A stretch of 64,000 nucleotides of DNA from Candidatus Limnocylindria bacterium (GTDB lineage Bacteria > Chloroflexota > Limnocylindria > QHBO01), in assembly GCA_036397815.1 (NCBI GenBank), contig DASWIE010000030.1:3272-67271 (forward strand), written 5' to 3'. Positions 32,271 to 42,392 of this stretch are shown here, one piece after another. The notes beneath the pieces are model-generated. The model was not told the DNA's origin. It saw nothing but the letters and a program-made list of their open reading frames with translations, and did no database searches. The translations under genes and the position numbers were made by a program. The stretch's first letter is position 1, and each line of letters starts with the position of its first letter.

Positions 32271-33494
32271 ATGGCCTTCCTGGTCCGCAACTGGCACCTG
32301 AAGCTGGGCGCCATCACCCTGGCCACCATCCTGTACACCGGCTTCGTCTACTCGGGCTCCTTCACCGAGCGCCCGGTGGCCGGCGTTCGCGTCGACGTCG
32401 CCGGTCAGCCGAGCGACTGGGTCCGCCTCGGCCAGCTGCGGGGGGTGACGATCACCTACCGCGTGGCGTCCAACTCCGCGGCGCTGGTCCAGCCCGAATC
32501 GTTCACCGCCTCGGTCGACTTCGCCGACTACGACCCGGATCTGGCGGCCCAGCCCCAGTCGCTCCGGGTCGAAGCACGTTCGACGCTGAACGGGGTCGAC
32601 ATCCTGAGTGTCGAGCCGGAGGAAGTGACCGTCACGCTCGATCGGGTCGACACCAAGACGATCACGGTCCGCATCGATCGGGGCCCGGTGCCGGAGGGTC
32701 TGGAGATCGGCGAGCCCCAGCTGAGCGTGCGGGAGGTCACCGCGCGCGGCGCCGCATCTCTCCTGGCGCGGGTGGATCACGCCCGGGCGACGATCAGCAT
32801 CCAGCCATCGGGGATCGACGTGAATGACCAGGTGGAGCTCACCGCGGTCGACGTCAACGCCGAACCGGTCCTCTCGGTCGAGCTCGACCCGTCCAGCGTG
32901 ACAATCCAGATCGAGGTGGAGACGAACGAGACGAGCAAGACGGTCCCGGTTCGTCCGGACCTGGACGGGACGGTGGCGGCGGGCTTCGAGATCGCCTCGA
33001 TCGGCCTGGATCCGCCTGTCGTCACGCTCCGCGGGCTGCCCGATGCACTTGCCGGCGTCTCCGAGGTCGTGACCGAGCCGCTGCCGCTCGACGGATCGAC
33101 GTCGACCCTCACCCTGGAATCCGTGCTGGTGCTGCCGACCGGCACGCGGCTCTCGGAAGCGAGCCAGCCCCCGACGGTCACGATCGAGATCCGTCCGGCC
33201 ATCGTGACGCGCACCTTCCTGCTCGGCCTGGTCTGCCAGGGCGCGGACCCCGGGGTGGCATGCCTGCCGCAGCTGGAGCAGGTGTCGGTGACGCTGCGCG
33301 GGACGGCCGCCGCCCTCGACGCGCTGGACGAAGCGGACATCTCGCCGATCCTGAACGTGGCCGGCCTCGCGCCCGGCGAGCACGATATCGTCCCGACGCT
33401 GGTGCTTCCCACCGGGGTGGAGCGCGTCGCCCTGTCGCCGGTCACGGTGACGGTCGTGCTCCAGCCTCCCGCCTCGCCCAGCCCCGCTGGCTGA
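32271..33494 (+). CDS. cdaR: CdaR/YbbR-family regulator of CdaA
   Basis: N-terminal NWHLKL + TM, repeated beta-rich P..V.V.G units; lies between cdaA and glmM. Confidence 0.88.
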   Translation: MAFLVRNWHLKLGAITLATILYTGFVYSGSFTERPVAGVRVDVAGQPSDWVRLGQLRGVTITYRVASNSAALVQPESFTASVDFADYDPDLAAQPQSLRVEARSTLNGVDILSVEPEEVTVTLDRVDTKTITVRIDRGPVPEGLEIGEPQLSVREVTARGAASLLARVDHARATISIQPSGIDVNDQVELTAVDVNAEPVLSVELDPSSVTIQIEVETNETSKTVPVRPDLDGTVAAGFEIASIGLDPPVVTLRGLPDALAGVSEVVTEPLPLDGSTSTLTLESVLVLPTGTRLSEASQPPTVTIEIRPAIVTRTFLLGLVCQGADPGVACLPQLEQVSVTLRGTAAALDALDEADISPILNVAGLAPGEHDIVPTLVLPTGVERVALSPVTVTVVLQPPASPSPAG

Positions 33495-34825
33495 TGGGTC
33501 GCCTCTTCGGTACCGATGGCATCCGTGGCGTCGCGAACGTGGATCTCAGCCCGATCCTCGCCTACGACCTGGGTCGAGCGGTGGGGTATCTGCTCGATGG
33601 GGCCGGCCGGAGCGTGGTCGTCGGCCAGGACACCCGGCGCTCGGGCGACATGCTCGTCTCGGCGCTCTCCGCCGGCCTCTCGGCGGTCGGGGCGGACGTC
33701 GTCGAGCTCGGCGTGGTCACCACGCCCTGCCTCGCCTTCGCCGCGGCGAACGGAGATCACGCGGCCGGGGTGATGGTCTCCGCCTCGCACAACCCCGCCG
33801 AGGACAATGGGCTCAAAGTCGTCTCCGGCGGGCGCAAGGTCGACGACGAGGTCGAGGAGCGGCTGGAGCGGCTCATCTTCCAGGCCGATGCGCTGCCGGG
33901 CAAGCAGAACGCCGAGCTGGGACGCATTCGACACGACTCCGCGGAGGTCGATGCCTACGCCGCGCACCTGGCGGAAGCTGCCGGTGACGCGCTCGACGGG
34001 CTGCGTATCGGGATCGACTGCGCCAATGGGTCCGCTTCCGCCATTGCCCCCGATCTCTTCCGCCGGCTCGGTGCGGAGACGACCGTCCTGTTCGCCGAGC
34101 CGGATGGCTCGAACATCAACCAGGGCTCTGGATCGACGCATCCCGAAAGGCTGGCCGCGACCGTCGTCGAGCGCGGGCTCCAGATGGGGTTCGCCTTCGA
34201 CGGCGACGCCGACCGGCTGATCGCCGTCGACGAGGCCGGGGAGATCGTCGACGGCGATGCGATCATGGCCATCTGCGCCCTGCAGCGCCTGGCGGCCGGA
34301 ACGCTGCGAAACGGGATCCTGGTTGCCACCGTCATGAGCAACGGTGGGCTGGATCGTGCGATCGAGGCGGCCGGCGGGCGCGTGCTGCGCACTCCCGTCG
34401 GCGACCGCCATGTGTTCGAGACGATGGAGCGAGCCGACGCCGTGGTCGGCGGCGAGCAGTCCGGCCACATCATCTTTCGCGACCGGGCAACCACCGGGGA
34501 CGGGATGCTGACCGCGATCGAGCTGGTCAAGGCCGTCCGCGCGAGCGAGGGCGCGACCCTCGGCGACCTGGCCGGGCGAATTTCGAGGCTTCCGCAGGTG
34601 GTGATAAACTCAGCCGTCCGTCACAAGGACTCCTGGGAGGTCGACCCGGCCTTCGCCGCCGCCGTGGTGCGCGCAGAAGTTCGCCTGGGGTCGCGCGGAC
34701 GCATCCTGGTTCGCCCTTCCGGCACGGAGCAGACGATCCGGATCATGGTCGAGGGCGACCAGCTGGACGAGATCAACGAGATCGCGCGCGAGCTGCACGA
34801 GCTGGCCCAGACGCGTCTGAACTAG
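33494..34825 (+). CDS. glmM: Phosphoglucosamine mutase
   Basis: LFGTDGIRG, SASHNP, FDGDADR, GGEQSGH; ATG at 33494. Confidence 0.97.
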   Translation: MGRLFGTDGIRGVANVDLSPILAYDLGRAVGYLLDGAGRSVVVGQDTRRSGDMLVSALSAGLSAVGADVVELGVVTTPCLAFAAANGDHAAGVMVSASHNPAEDNGLKVVSGGRKVDDEVEERLERLIFQADALPGKQNAELGRIRHDSAEVDAYAAHLAEAAGDALDGLRIGIDCANGSASAIAPDLFRRLGAETTVLFAEPDGSNINQGSGSTHPERLAATVVERGLQMGFAFDGDADRLIAVDEAGEIVDGDAIMAICALQRLAAGTLRNGILVATVMSNGGLDRAIEAAGGRVLRTPVGDRHVFETMERADAVVGGEQSGHIIFRDRATTGDGMLTAIELVKAVRASEGATLGDLAGRISRLPQVVINSAVRHKDSWEVDPAFAAAVVRAEVRLGSRGRILVRPSGTEQTIRIMVEGDQLDEINEIARELHELAQTRLN

Positions 34826-34842
34826 GCGAAGAGGAGACCCCC

Positions 34843-36672
34843 ATGTGCGGCATCGTCGGATACGTGGGGCCGCGCGACGCCGCGCCGATCCTGCTGGAGG
34901 GCTTACGCCGCCTCGAGTATCGCGGCTACGACTCTGCCGGCATCGCGCTGCTCACCGAGGCCGGGGACGTCTTCGTCGAGAAGAAGGCCGGCAAGCTCAG
35001 CAACCTGACCGATCACCTCAACGGCGGCGCTCCGGCCGGCCATCCCGGGATCGCCCATACCCGCTGGGCGACCCACGGCCGCCCGAACGACGCGAATGCG
35101 CACCCGCACACTGACTGCGGCGGCCAGCTGGCGCTGATCCACAACGGGATCATCGAGAACTATCGCGAGATCAAGGACCGGATGCTGGCCGAAGGCCATC
35201 GGTTCACCTCCGAGACCGATACCGAGGCGCTGGCGCACCTGATCGAGAGCCGCTACACCGGTGACTTGGTCGAGGCCGTGCGCGAGGCGCTCAACGAGGT
35301 CAGGGGCGCGTACGCGATCGGCGTCATGCATACCGACCATCCCGACCGGATCGTGGGCGCCCGCATGAACGTGCCGCTGATCGTGGGCCTCGGCAACGGC
35401 GAGGGCTTCCTGGCCAGCGACGTCCCCGCCATCCTGGAGCACACCAAGAACGTCGTGATCCTGCACGAGGGCGACATCGCGGACGTCTCGCCGGATGGCG
35501 TGCGGATCATCGGCCTCGACGGCGCGGAGGTGCAGCGCGATGTGACGCGCATCCGCTGGAGCATCGAGGCGGCCGAGAAGGGCGGATTCGCGCATTTCAC
35601 GCTGAAGGAGATCTACGAGCAGCCGCACGCCATCCAGGAGGCACTGCGCGGGCGCGTGGATGCGTCCGGGATGATCACCCTGACGGAGCTGGAGCCGATC
35701 GAGCAGAAGCTTCGCGCCGCCGAACGCGTGTACGTGATCGGCTGCGGAACGGCCCGCTATGCGGGCGAAGTGGGAGCGCAGCTGATCCAGCAGTGGGCCG
35801 GGCTGCCCGCCAGCAGCCAGATCGGCAGCGAGATGCGCTACTCGCCGCCGCCGATCGACGAGCGAACGCTGGTGATCAGCGTCAGCCAATCCGGCGAGAC
35901 GGCCGACACCCTGGCGCCCCAGAAGCTGGCCGCCGAGCAGGGGGCCACGATCGTGGTGGTGACCAACGTGGTCGGCAGCGCGATCACCCGGGAGGCCGAC
36001 GCGGTCTGCTACCTGCAGGCTGGCCCGGAGGTGGCGGTCGCCTCCACCAAGGCGTTCGTCACCCAAGTGGTGGTGCTGCAGATGATCGCCCTGCACCTGG
36101 CGATGCTGCGCGGGCGCCTCACGGCGCACCAGGTGCGAACTTTCGGCCTGGGCCTGCGCGAGCTGCCGGCCCTCTCCGCCGAGGCGCTCAAGCTCGCCCC
36201 GCAGGTCAAGAAGCTGGCGCGTCGCTGGAACAGCGTGCGGAACGTGATGTACATCGGTCGTGCGCTCGGCTTTCCGATCGCGATGGAGGGAGCGCTGAAG
36301 CTGAAGGAGCTCTCATACGTCCACGCGGAGGGCTACGCCGCGGGCGAGCTGAAGCATGGCCCGATCGCGCTGCTCGATCACGACACGCCGCTGGTGGCGA
36401 TCGCGACACAGGGCTCGACCTACGAGAAGGTGGTCAGCAACATCGCCGAGGTCCGCGCCCGGGAGGCGCCCGTGGTTGCGGTTGCCACCGCCGGTGACGA
36501 GGAGATCGCGCGCTACGCGCCGGACGTGCTCTACGTCCCTGAGACCCTCGAGCAGCTCGCCCCGGTGATCGCGATCCTGCCGCTTCAGCTGCTCGCCTAC
36601 GAGGTCGCGGTGGCGCGCGGCACGGATGTCGATCAGCCGCGCAACCTGGCCAAGTCGGTCACCGTCGAGTAG
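34843..36672 (+). CDS. glmS: Glutamine--fructose-6-phosphate aminotransferase
   Basis: MCGIVG, HTRWATHG, SQSGETADTL, PRNLAKSVTVE. Confidence 0.99.
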   Translation: MCGIVGYVGPRDAAPILLEGLRRLEYRGYDSAGIALLTEAGDVFVEKKAGKLSNLTDHLNGGAPAGHPGIAHTRWATHGRPNDANAHPHTDCGGQLALIHNGIIENYREIKDRMLAEGHRFTSETDTEALAHLIESRYTGDLVEAVREALNEVRGAYAIGVMHTDHPDRIVGARMNVPLIVGLGNGEGFLASDVPAILEHTKNVVILHEGDIADVSPDGVRIIGLDGAEVQRDVTRIRWSIEAAEKGGFAHFTLKEIYEQPHAIQEALRGRVDASGMITLTELEPIEQKLRAAERVYVIGCGTARYAGEVGAQLIQQWAGLPASSQIGSEMRYSPPPIDERTLVISVSQSGETADTLAPQKLAAEQGATIVVVTNVVGSAITREADAVCYLQAGPEVAVASTKAFVTQVVVLQMIALHLAMLRGRLTAHQVRTFGLGLRELPALSAEALKLAPQVKKLARRWNSVRNVMYIGRALGFPIAMEGALKLKELSYVHAEGYAAGELKHGPIALLDHDTPLVAIATQGSTYEKVVSNIAEVRAREAPVVAVATAGDEEIARYAPDVLYVPETLEQLAPVIAILPLQLLAYEVAVARGTDVDQPRNLAKSVTVE

Positions 36673-36682
36673 CGGATCGAGG

Positions 36683-37063
36683 ATGAGCCGCCACGAGATC
36701 GGCGTCGACCTCATCGACATCGACCGCATCAGCAGTGTGCTCTCGCGTCATCCGGACCGCTTCCGCGAACGGGTCCTGACCGAGGCCGAGGCACGCTACT
36801 GCGGGCGAAAGGCGGAGCGCATCGCCGGCCGCTGGGCGGCCAAGGAGGCGATCAGCAAGGTGCTCGGGCTCGGCGTGCGGGGGGTGGGCTGGCGCGAGAT
36901 CGAGATCCTGCCCAACTGGGCGGGGGCGCCGCAGGTGCGTCTCCACGCCCGGGCCGCCGCACGAGCGGCCTCGATGCAGCTCCAGGACGTGACCGTCTCG
37001 ATCTCACACGAGCGCCGCATGGCGGTCGCGGTGGCGGTCGCTCATCGCGGCGCGCCGGAGTAG
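36683..37063 (+). CDS. acpS: Holo-ACP synthase
   Basis: IGVDLIDIDR, WAAKEAISK, VSISH. Confidence 0.95.
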   Translation: MSRHEIGVDLIDIDRISSVLSRHPDRFRERVLTEAEARYCGRKAERIAGRWAAKEAISKVLGLGVRGVGWREIEILPNWAGAPQVRLHARAAARAASMQLQDVTVSISHERRMAVAVAVAHRGAPE

Positions 37064-37066
37064 GCC

Positions 37067-37969
37067 GTGGCCGCGCGGACGCTGACCCAGCGCTGGGTGG
37101 CCGAGCGCCTGCCCTCTCGCCCGCCGCGCGCCCACAAGGGCACCTTCGGGCGCCTGCTGGTGATCGCCGGCTCGCTCGAATACGCGGGCGCGGCGTTGCT
37201 CACCGGCCTCGGCGCGGCCCGAGCCGGCGCGGGACTCGTCTGCCTCGCCACCCCCGAATCGGTCGGCATGCGGCTGCTCGGCATCGTGCCGGAGCTCACC
37301 GCCATGCTCCTGGCCGAGGAGGCGCCCGGCCTCATCGCGCCCGGCGGCTGGCGCCGGCTGGGGGCTGAAGCGAGCACGTACGAGGCCGTGGTGGTGGGGC
37401 CCGGGCTCGGCCACCAGCCGTCGACCGTTCGTCGCGCGCGCCACCTCATCGGCGAGCTGAAGGGGCCGGCGGTGGTGGATGCGGATGGCCTGAACGCGCT
37501 GGCGGAGGCGCAGCGCTGGTGGCAGGGCCTCAGCTCCTCGCTGGTGCTGACTCCCCATCCGGGCGAGTTCGCGCGGCTCACCGGCAAGCCGGCCGATCCC
37601 GCACTGGGCGAGGATGATGAGGCGCGAGCGGCGGCGGCCGGCGAGGCGGCCATTCGCTGGGGCCAGGTCATCGTGCTCAAGGGGGCGCGGACGGTGGTGG
37701 CCGGTCCCGACGGCGAGCTGCTGCGCTCGGACGTCGCAACCCCGGCGCTGGCGACCGCCGGCAGCGGAGACGTGCTGGCCGGAGTCATCGGCGCCTTCCT
37801 GGCGGCGGGCTGCACGCCGCTGGCCGCGGCGGGCTGTGGGGTGGCAGTGCATGGGGCGGCCGGCCTGCTGGCGGAGGACCGGATCGGTCATGCCGGGGTC
37901 ATCGCCCGCGACCTCGCCGCTCTCCTGCCCGAGGCGATCGAGCAGCTGCGTGGCGGGCGCGGCTCGTGA
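37067..37969 (+). CDS. nnrD: ADP-dependent NAD(P)H-hydrate dehydratase (stand-alone NnrD)
   Basis: HKGTFG, GPGLG, DADGL, LTPHPGEF, AGSGDVLAG; no NnrE domain. Confidence 0.93.
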   Translation: MAARTLTQRWVAERLPSRPPRAHKGTFGRLLVIAGSLEYAGAALLTGLGAARAGAGLVCLATPESVGMRLLGIVPELTAMLLAEEAPGLIAPGGWRRLGAEASTYEAVVVGPGLGHQPSTVRRARHLIGELKGPAVVDADGLNALAEAQRWWQGLSSSLVLTPHPGEFARLTGKPADPALGEDDEARAAAAGEAAIRWGQVIVLKGARTVVAGPDGELLRSDVATPALATAGSGDVLAGVIGAFLAAGCTPLAAAGCGVAVHGAAGLLAEDRIGHAGVIARDLAALLPEAIEQLRGGRGS

Positions 37970-39099
37970 GCCACCCGACACTTACACGCAGCCCACACCG
38001 CGCGTGGGTCGAGGTCGACCACGCCGCGATCGTCGACAACCTGGCCGTGCTGCGGCGCCTCGCCGGCCCGGGCAAGCAGGTGATCGCGGTGGTGAAGGCC
38101 AACGCCTACGGCCACGGCGCCGTCGCGGTGGCTCACACGCTGCTCACGGCCGGAGCCGAGCGCCTGGCGGTCGCGACCCTGCCCGAGGCGCTGGAGCTGC
38201 GTGGCGCGGGCATCGACGCTCCCATCACGGTGCTGTGGGGGATCGGCGAGCCTGAGGCAGCGGCGACGGCAGCCGCCGGACTGGAGCCGATCGTGTACGA
38301 CCCTGCCGGGATCGATCGCGTCGAGCGGGCCGCGGCGGCCACCGGCGGGCGGGCATCGGTCCAGCTCAAGATCGACTCCGGGCTCGGCCGCCAGGGTGCC
38401 GACCCGGCCGATGCCGTCGAGCTCGGGCTGCGCATCGTCCGCAGCCGCCACCTGCAGCTGACCGGCACCTTCAGCCACCTGGCGATCCCCGGCGAGGACG
38501 ATGCCTACACCGACGTGCAGCTGTTGCAGCTGGCGCGGGCGCTCGATGCGATGCGATCTGCCGGGATCGATCCGGGCCTGGTCCACGTGGCGGCCACCGG
38601 AGGGATCCTGGCCGCGGCCGGGGGCTTTGCCGATGCCGTGCGCCCCGGCCTGGGGCTGTACGGGCTGGTGCCCGGCTGGGCGTCCGCCCGTGATCACGGC
38701 CTGCGCCCGGCACTGTCGTTGAAGGCCCTCCCGCTGCGCATCTTCGATCTGGCGGCCGGAGCGCCGATCGGCTATGGGCTGCGCTTCCGTGCCGAGCGCG
38801 CGACGCGGATCGCCACGCTGGGGATCGGCTACGGCGACGGCTGGCCACGTGCCCACGCCAACAATGGCCGGGTGCTCGTGCGTGGACGCCTGGCACCAAT
38901 CGTCGGGGCGATCAGCATGGACGGGATCACCGTCGATCTGGGTCAGAACGATGATGTAACCTACGACGACGAGTTCGTCCTGATCGGCGAGCAGATGGGC
39001 GCGCTCATCTCGGCCGATGAGGTCGCTGCGGAGCGACGCACCATCAACTACGAAGTGACGACCGCCCTCCGCGACCGGCTCCCTCGCCTTCACCTGTAG
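37966..39099 (+). CDS. alr: Alanine racemase
   Basis: VVKANAYGHG (PLP lysine), RPGLGLYG, IGYGDG, TINYE. Confidence 0.96.
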   Translation: MSHPTLTRSPHRAWVEVDHAAIVDNLAVLRRLAGPGKQVIAVVKANAYGHGAVAVAHTLLTAGAERLAVATLPEALELRGAGIDAPITVLWGIGEPEAAATAAAGLEPIVYDPAGIDRVERAAAATGGRASVQLKIDSGLGRQGADPADAVELGLRIVRSRHLQLTGTFSHLAIPGEDDAYTDVQLLQLARALDAMRSAGIDPGLVHVAATGGILAAAGGFADAVRPGLGLYGLVPGWASARDHGLRPALSLKALPLRIFDLAAGAPIGYGLRFRAERATRIATLGIGYGDGWPRAHANNGRVLVRGRLAPIVGAISMDGITVDLGQNDDVTYDDEFVLIGEQMGALISADEVAAERRTINYEVTTALRDRLPRLHL

Positions 39100-39144
39100 G
39101 CCGAGGCGCTCTTCGCGGAGACCGGGGCGTCGAGCGAGCGGAGA

Positions 39145-39675
39145 ATGGCTGTCCCGATGGAGATCGACGTCTGGCAGGGGGAGATCGCCGAGCTCGAGGT
39201 CGACGCCCTGATCGTGCCGGCGACCGAGAGCCTGTTCATGACGATCCCGGTCGCCCGCGCCGTGAAGCGCCGCTCGGGTGAGAGCGTGGAGCGCGACGCC
39301 GTCGAGCAGGGACCGATCGAGGCCGGATCCGCGGTGGTCACCTCCGGCGGAGACCTGGCTGCTCCCTACATCATCCACGCCGTCGCGGTTGGCCATGACA
39401 ACCGGCCCGATGCCGATCGCGTGAGACGCGCCATCCACGCGGCCTTCGAGATCGCCGCCAGGCTGGGGCTGCACCGGCTGGCGACCGCGCCGATCGGGGT
39501 CGACCGCGGGGTCTTCAGCCCCGAAGAGGGAGCGGCCCTGATGGCCGAGGTGCTCGCCTCCCGTTCGAGCTCGGGAGACTCCCTGCCATCCTCGCTGGTG
39601 GTCGCCGTCATTAGCCCGAGCGAGGCGACCGCGTATCGCGCAACCCTGGAGCCGCTGCGAACCGTGCGCCGATGA
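39145..39675 (+). CDS. Macrodomain protein with degenerate ADP-ribose-binding motifs
   Basis: QGEIAELEVDALI, AVVTSGGDL, YIIHAV match the macro fold; alternative start ATG 39157. Confidence 0.8.
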   Translation: MAVPMEIDVWQGEIAELEVDALIVPATESLFMTIPVARAVKRRSGESVERDAVEQGPIEAGSAVVTSGGDLAAPYIIHAVAVGHDNRPDADRVRRAIHAAFEIAARLGLHRLATAPIGVDRGVFSPEEGAALMAEVLASRSSSGDSLPSSLVVAVISPSEATAYRATLEPLRTVRR

Positions 39676-39917
39676 CGGTCGACGGCACCGCCGACCTCGC
39701 GGCCGAGATCCGGCGCCGTGGCCTGGCTGCGCCGGCGCGCCTGCTGCTCGAGGCACATCGGCCCCTGCAGCCGCTGCTCGGTGACCTCGCCACCTTCGTC
39801 AGCCCGCTGCTCAGGCCGCTCCTGGGTGGCCGCGCGTCGCTGCTTGGCGCGGCATTCGGCGACGACAGCGCGATCGACCGCCTGATCGAGCAGCTCGCCG
39901 ACGCGGACGATGACTAG
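39672..39917 (+). CDS. Small helical hypothetical protein (81 aa)
   Basis: ATGA overlap with macro gene and abuts next ATG; motif RRGLAAPARLLLEAHRPL. Confidence 0.75.
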   Translation: MTVDGTADLAAEIRRRGLAAPARLLLEAHRPLQPLLGDLATFVSPLLRPLLGGRASLLGAAFGDDSAIDRLIEQLADADDD

Positions 39918-40760
39918 ATGCCGAACCTCGGCGAGCTGATCGGCAGCCTGGTAGCCCTGATCGGCTCGCAGGTCGCGGCATCCTCGCTGCGGCTCGGGCC
40001 ATTGCCGGCGGTGACCATCTTCTCCGTCGGGCTGGTGCTCCTCTCGCTGGTGGCTCGCCCGGCGACCCGCTGGACGACCCGCGACCTGGGTCGGCTGGCC
40101 GGGATCCCGCGCGCCATGGCCCTCGCCGCCGAGTCCGGCGCGGCGGCCGGCTTCTCCCTGGGGACGGCCGGCGTCGCGCGAGCCACATCGGCCTTCGATC
40201 GGATGCAGACGCTGGCCGCGTTACCGATCCTGGGTTTCGTCGCCCGCGCCGCGGCCAGCGCCGGTGTGCCGCTGCAGGTCACCGCGAACGATCCGGTAAC
40301 GGTCCATCTCGCCGAGGCGGTGTTGGCGGAGGCACATCGGTCCACCCAGACCCCGGAGCGAGCCGAGCGCTCCGGAGCGCAGTACCTGGGCGAAGGTCGC
40401 CCCGCGGTCGCCGGCATGACCCTGGCCGACCCATCCAGGCCAGAAGCCACCTTCGTCGCCGGCGGTCTGGCCGAGGAGTCGCTGCTCCTGTTCGAGGGAA
40501 CCCTGCCCGGCGCCTCCTGGACGAGCGTCGGCACTGCCGCCGCCTCCCAGGCTGCATCGGTACTGCTCACGGCAGAGGGAGCGCTCATCGGTCCGGAGCT
40601 CTACCAGGCTTCGAGCGATCTGCGGGCGGCGGGCCACGACCGCACGGGCGTGCTCGCCTCGAACCGGCTCATCCTGGCGGTCATCGCGGTCCTGGTCATC
40701 GGTTCCGCCTTGGCCCTTGCCGCTGGAGTCGACCTGGCCGGGCCCCTGGCAGGGCGCTGA
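39918..40760 (+). CDS. DUF6754-like membrane-anchored protein (TM - alpha/beta domain - TM)
   Basis: AMALAAESG..FSLG, AEESLLL, LIGPELYQAS resemble DUF6754 motifs as recalled; hydrophobic segments at both ends. Confidence 0.65.
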   Translation: MPNLGELIGSLVALIGSQVAASSLRLGPLPAVTIFSVGLVLLSLVARPATRWTTRDLGRLAGIPRAMALAAESGAAAGFSLGTAGVARATSAFDRMQTLAALPILGFVARAAASAGVPLQVTANDPVTVHLAEAVLAEAHRSTQTPERAERSGAQYLGEGRPAVAGMTLADPSRPEATFVAGGLAEESLLLFEGTLPGASWTSVGTAAASQAASVLLTAEGALIGPELYQASSDLRAAGHDRTGVLASNRLILAVIAVLVIGSALALAAGVDLAGPLAGR

Positions 40761-40761
40761 G

Positions 40762-41379
40762 GTGCGTCGCTCGCTGCCAGGGGCGACGGTCGTCGTCGTC
40801 GGGCTGCTCCTGCTCCTCGACTACGTCATCATCAACCCGGTCCTCGCCACGCTCGCTGACCTGGTCCTCGAGCTCGTTGTCCTGCTGGCTGCGGCGGCCG
40901 CCCTGGCCGGCGGTGTCGCGCTGGTGCTGCGGCATTGGACGGAGCTGGTCGAGCGCCGCGGCAACCCGCCCGGGTCCCTCGCGCTGTTGGCCGGCTTCGC
41001 CGTGATCCTGCTGGCGGGCTTCTATCCGGGGTCCAGCGGCTCGACGGATCCCGCGGTTCGCTGGATCGTTGCCGCCCTGCTGGCTCCGCTCATCGCGGCG
41101 CTCTTCGCCCTCCTCTTCGTGTTCCTGCTGGGCGCCGCCCGACGCGGCCTGACGATCCGTACGCGAGAGGGCGCCCTGATGCTGGCGGCGGCTGCCATGG
41201 TCGTCGTCCTGCTGCTGCCACTGGGCGGCTCCGCTGGCGACTGGCTGGCCAGCGCCGCCGACTGGACCCTGTCGGTGCCGATCGGCGGGGCATTTCGCGG
41301 GCTGCTGATCGGCGTCGCGATCGTGACCGCGGTTCACGCCGCGCGGGTCCTCCTGGCCGTGAACGGCGCCGAGGAATGA
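40762..41379 (+). CDS. Polytopic membrane protein (205 aa, about 6 TM)
   Basis: GTG 1 nt after upstream stop; hydrophobic helices; C-terminal WTLSVPIGGAFRGLLIGVA. Confidence 0.8.
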   Translation: MRRSLPGATVVVVGLLLLLDYVIINPVLATLADLVLELVVLLAAAAALAGGVALVLRHWTELVERRGNPPGSLALLAGFAVILLAGFYPGSSGSTDPAVRWIVAALLAPLIAALFALLFVFLLGAARRGLTIRTREGALMLAAAAMVVVLLLPLGGSAGDWLASAADWTLSVPIGGAFRGLLIGVAIVTAVHAARVLLAVNGAEE

Positions 41380-42392
41380 CCGATCGTACGACGCGCCGAT
41401 CCTCGCGCGCGGGGTTTGCCCCGCTGGCCCTTGTCGTCCTCCTCGGAGGGGCGGTGCTCCTGCGCCCGGGTGACGATGGGGGGCCGCTGCTCCTGGCGAA
41501 CCCGGATCGCACCCGCGTCGCGGAGCTGCAGGCCGCGTTCGCCGCACTCCCCGAGGCGCCACTGGTGCTCGTCGGCCTGGACGCCGACCTTGGCACCTAT
41601 CCCGAGATTCGGGTGGCAGTGCGCGCGGCCTTCGCCGACCTGCTGGCACGCGACGCACGGCTTGCCGTTGTCAGCTTCACGCCGGAGGGCCGCGCGATCG
41701 CCAGCGCCGAGCTCGATCGACTGCAGCGCGATGGATTCGGCGGGGACGAGCTCCTGGACCTCGGATTCATCGCTGGCGCCGAGGCGGGCATGGTGCGGTC
41801 GGTGACGGCTCTGCTGCCGGTCGGGGTCGAAGGCTCCGTGGCCGATGCCATCCGCGAGGCGGATGCCGGGATGGGGGCCTTCCAGCTGGTGCTCGTCGTC
41901 GGCGGCGGCGAGCTGGGGCCGCGGACCTGGGTCGAACAGGTCGGCACCCGACTGCCGAGCCTGCCGATTGCCGCGATCGTGCCCACCTTCGCGCAGCCTG
42001 AGGTTGCCCCATACCTGCGCACCGGCCAGCTGGTCGCGCTGCTCGCCACCCTGCGCGACGACGCGGCGTACGCCGCCGACGTCGGCGGTGCCCAGGCGGC
42101 TCCCGAGCGGGTCCCGAGCGCGCTGGCGATGCTTCTCGGCATGCTCGTCGCGCTCGGCGCGCTGGGGCGTGCCGTGACGGCTGGCCTGTGGGGTGTCGGG
42201 CCGGCACCAGCCGACGGGGCGGGGCCATCCAGCCGACGCCGGCGCGGCGGCCGCGAGGCCGATATCGCGACGGATGCAGGCCCCACAGAGGCGGACGCTG
42301 CGGCTGAGCCGGAGGCCGGCTCCGAAGCCGCCACCGCCGCCGACGTCGCGGAGCCTGCCTCGGGCGCCGAGCCGGAGGGCAACGCGCGGTGA
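41376..42392 (+). CDS. Membrane-anchored alpha/beta protein (338 aa) with acidic tail
   Basis: ATG 41376 overlaps upstream stop after GAGG; N-terminal TM, LVLVGLD, LDLGFIAG, WVEQV, PYLRTGQL, C-terminal TM. Confidence 0.8.
   Translation: MTDRTTRRSSRAGFAPLALVVLLGGAVLLRPGDDGGPLLLANPDRTRVAELQAAFAALPEAPLVLVGLDADLGTYPEIRVAVRAAFADLLARDARLAVVSFTPEGRAIASAELDRLQRDGFGGDELLDLGFIAGAEAGMVRSVTALLPVGVEGSVADAIREADAGMGAFQLVLVVGGGELGPRTWVEQVGTRLPSLPIAAIVPTFAQPEVAPYLRTGQLVALLATLRDDAAYAADVGGAQAAPERVPSALAMLLGMLVALGALGRAVTAGLWGVGPAPADGAGPSSRRRRGGREADIATDAGPTEADAAAEPEAGSEAATAADVAEPASGAEPEGNAR

Noticed and set aside
34826-34842. Possible glmS ribozyme upstream of glmS
   Set aside because: Only 17 nt separate glmM from glmS, too short to hold it
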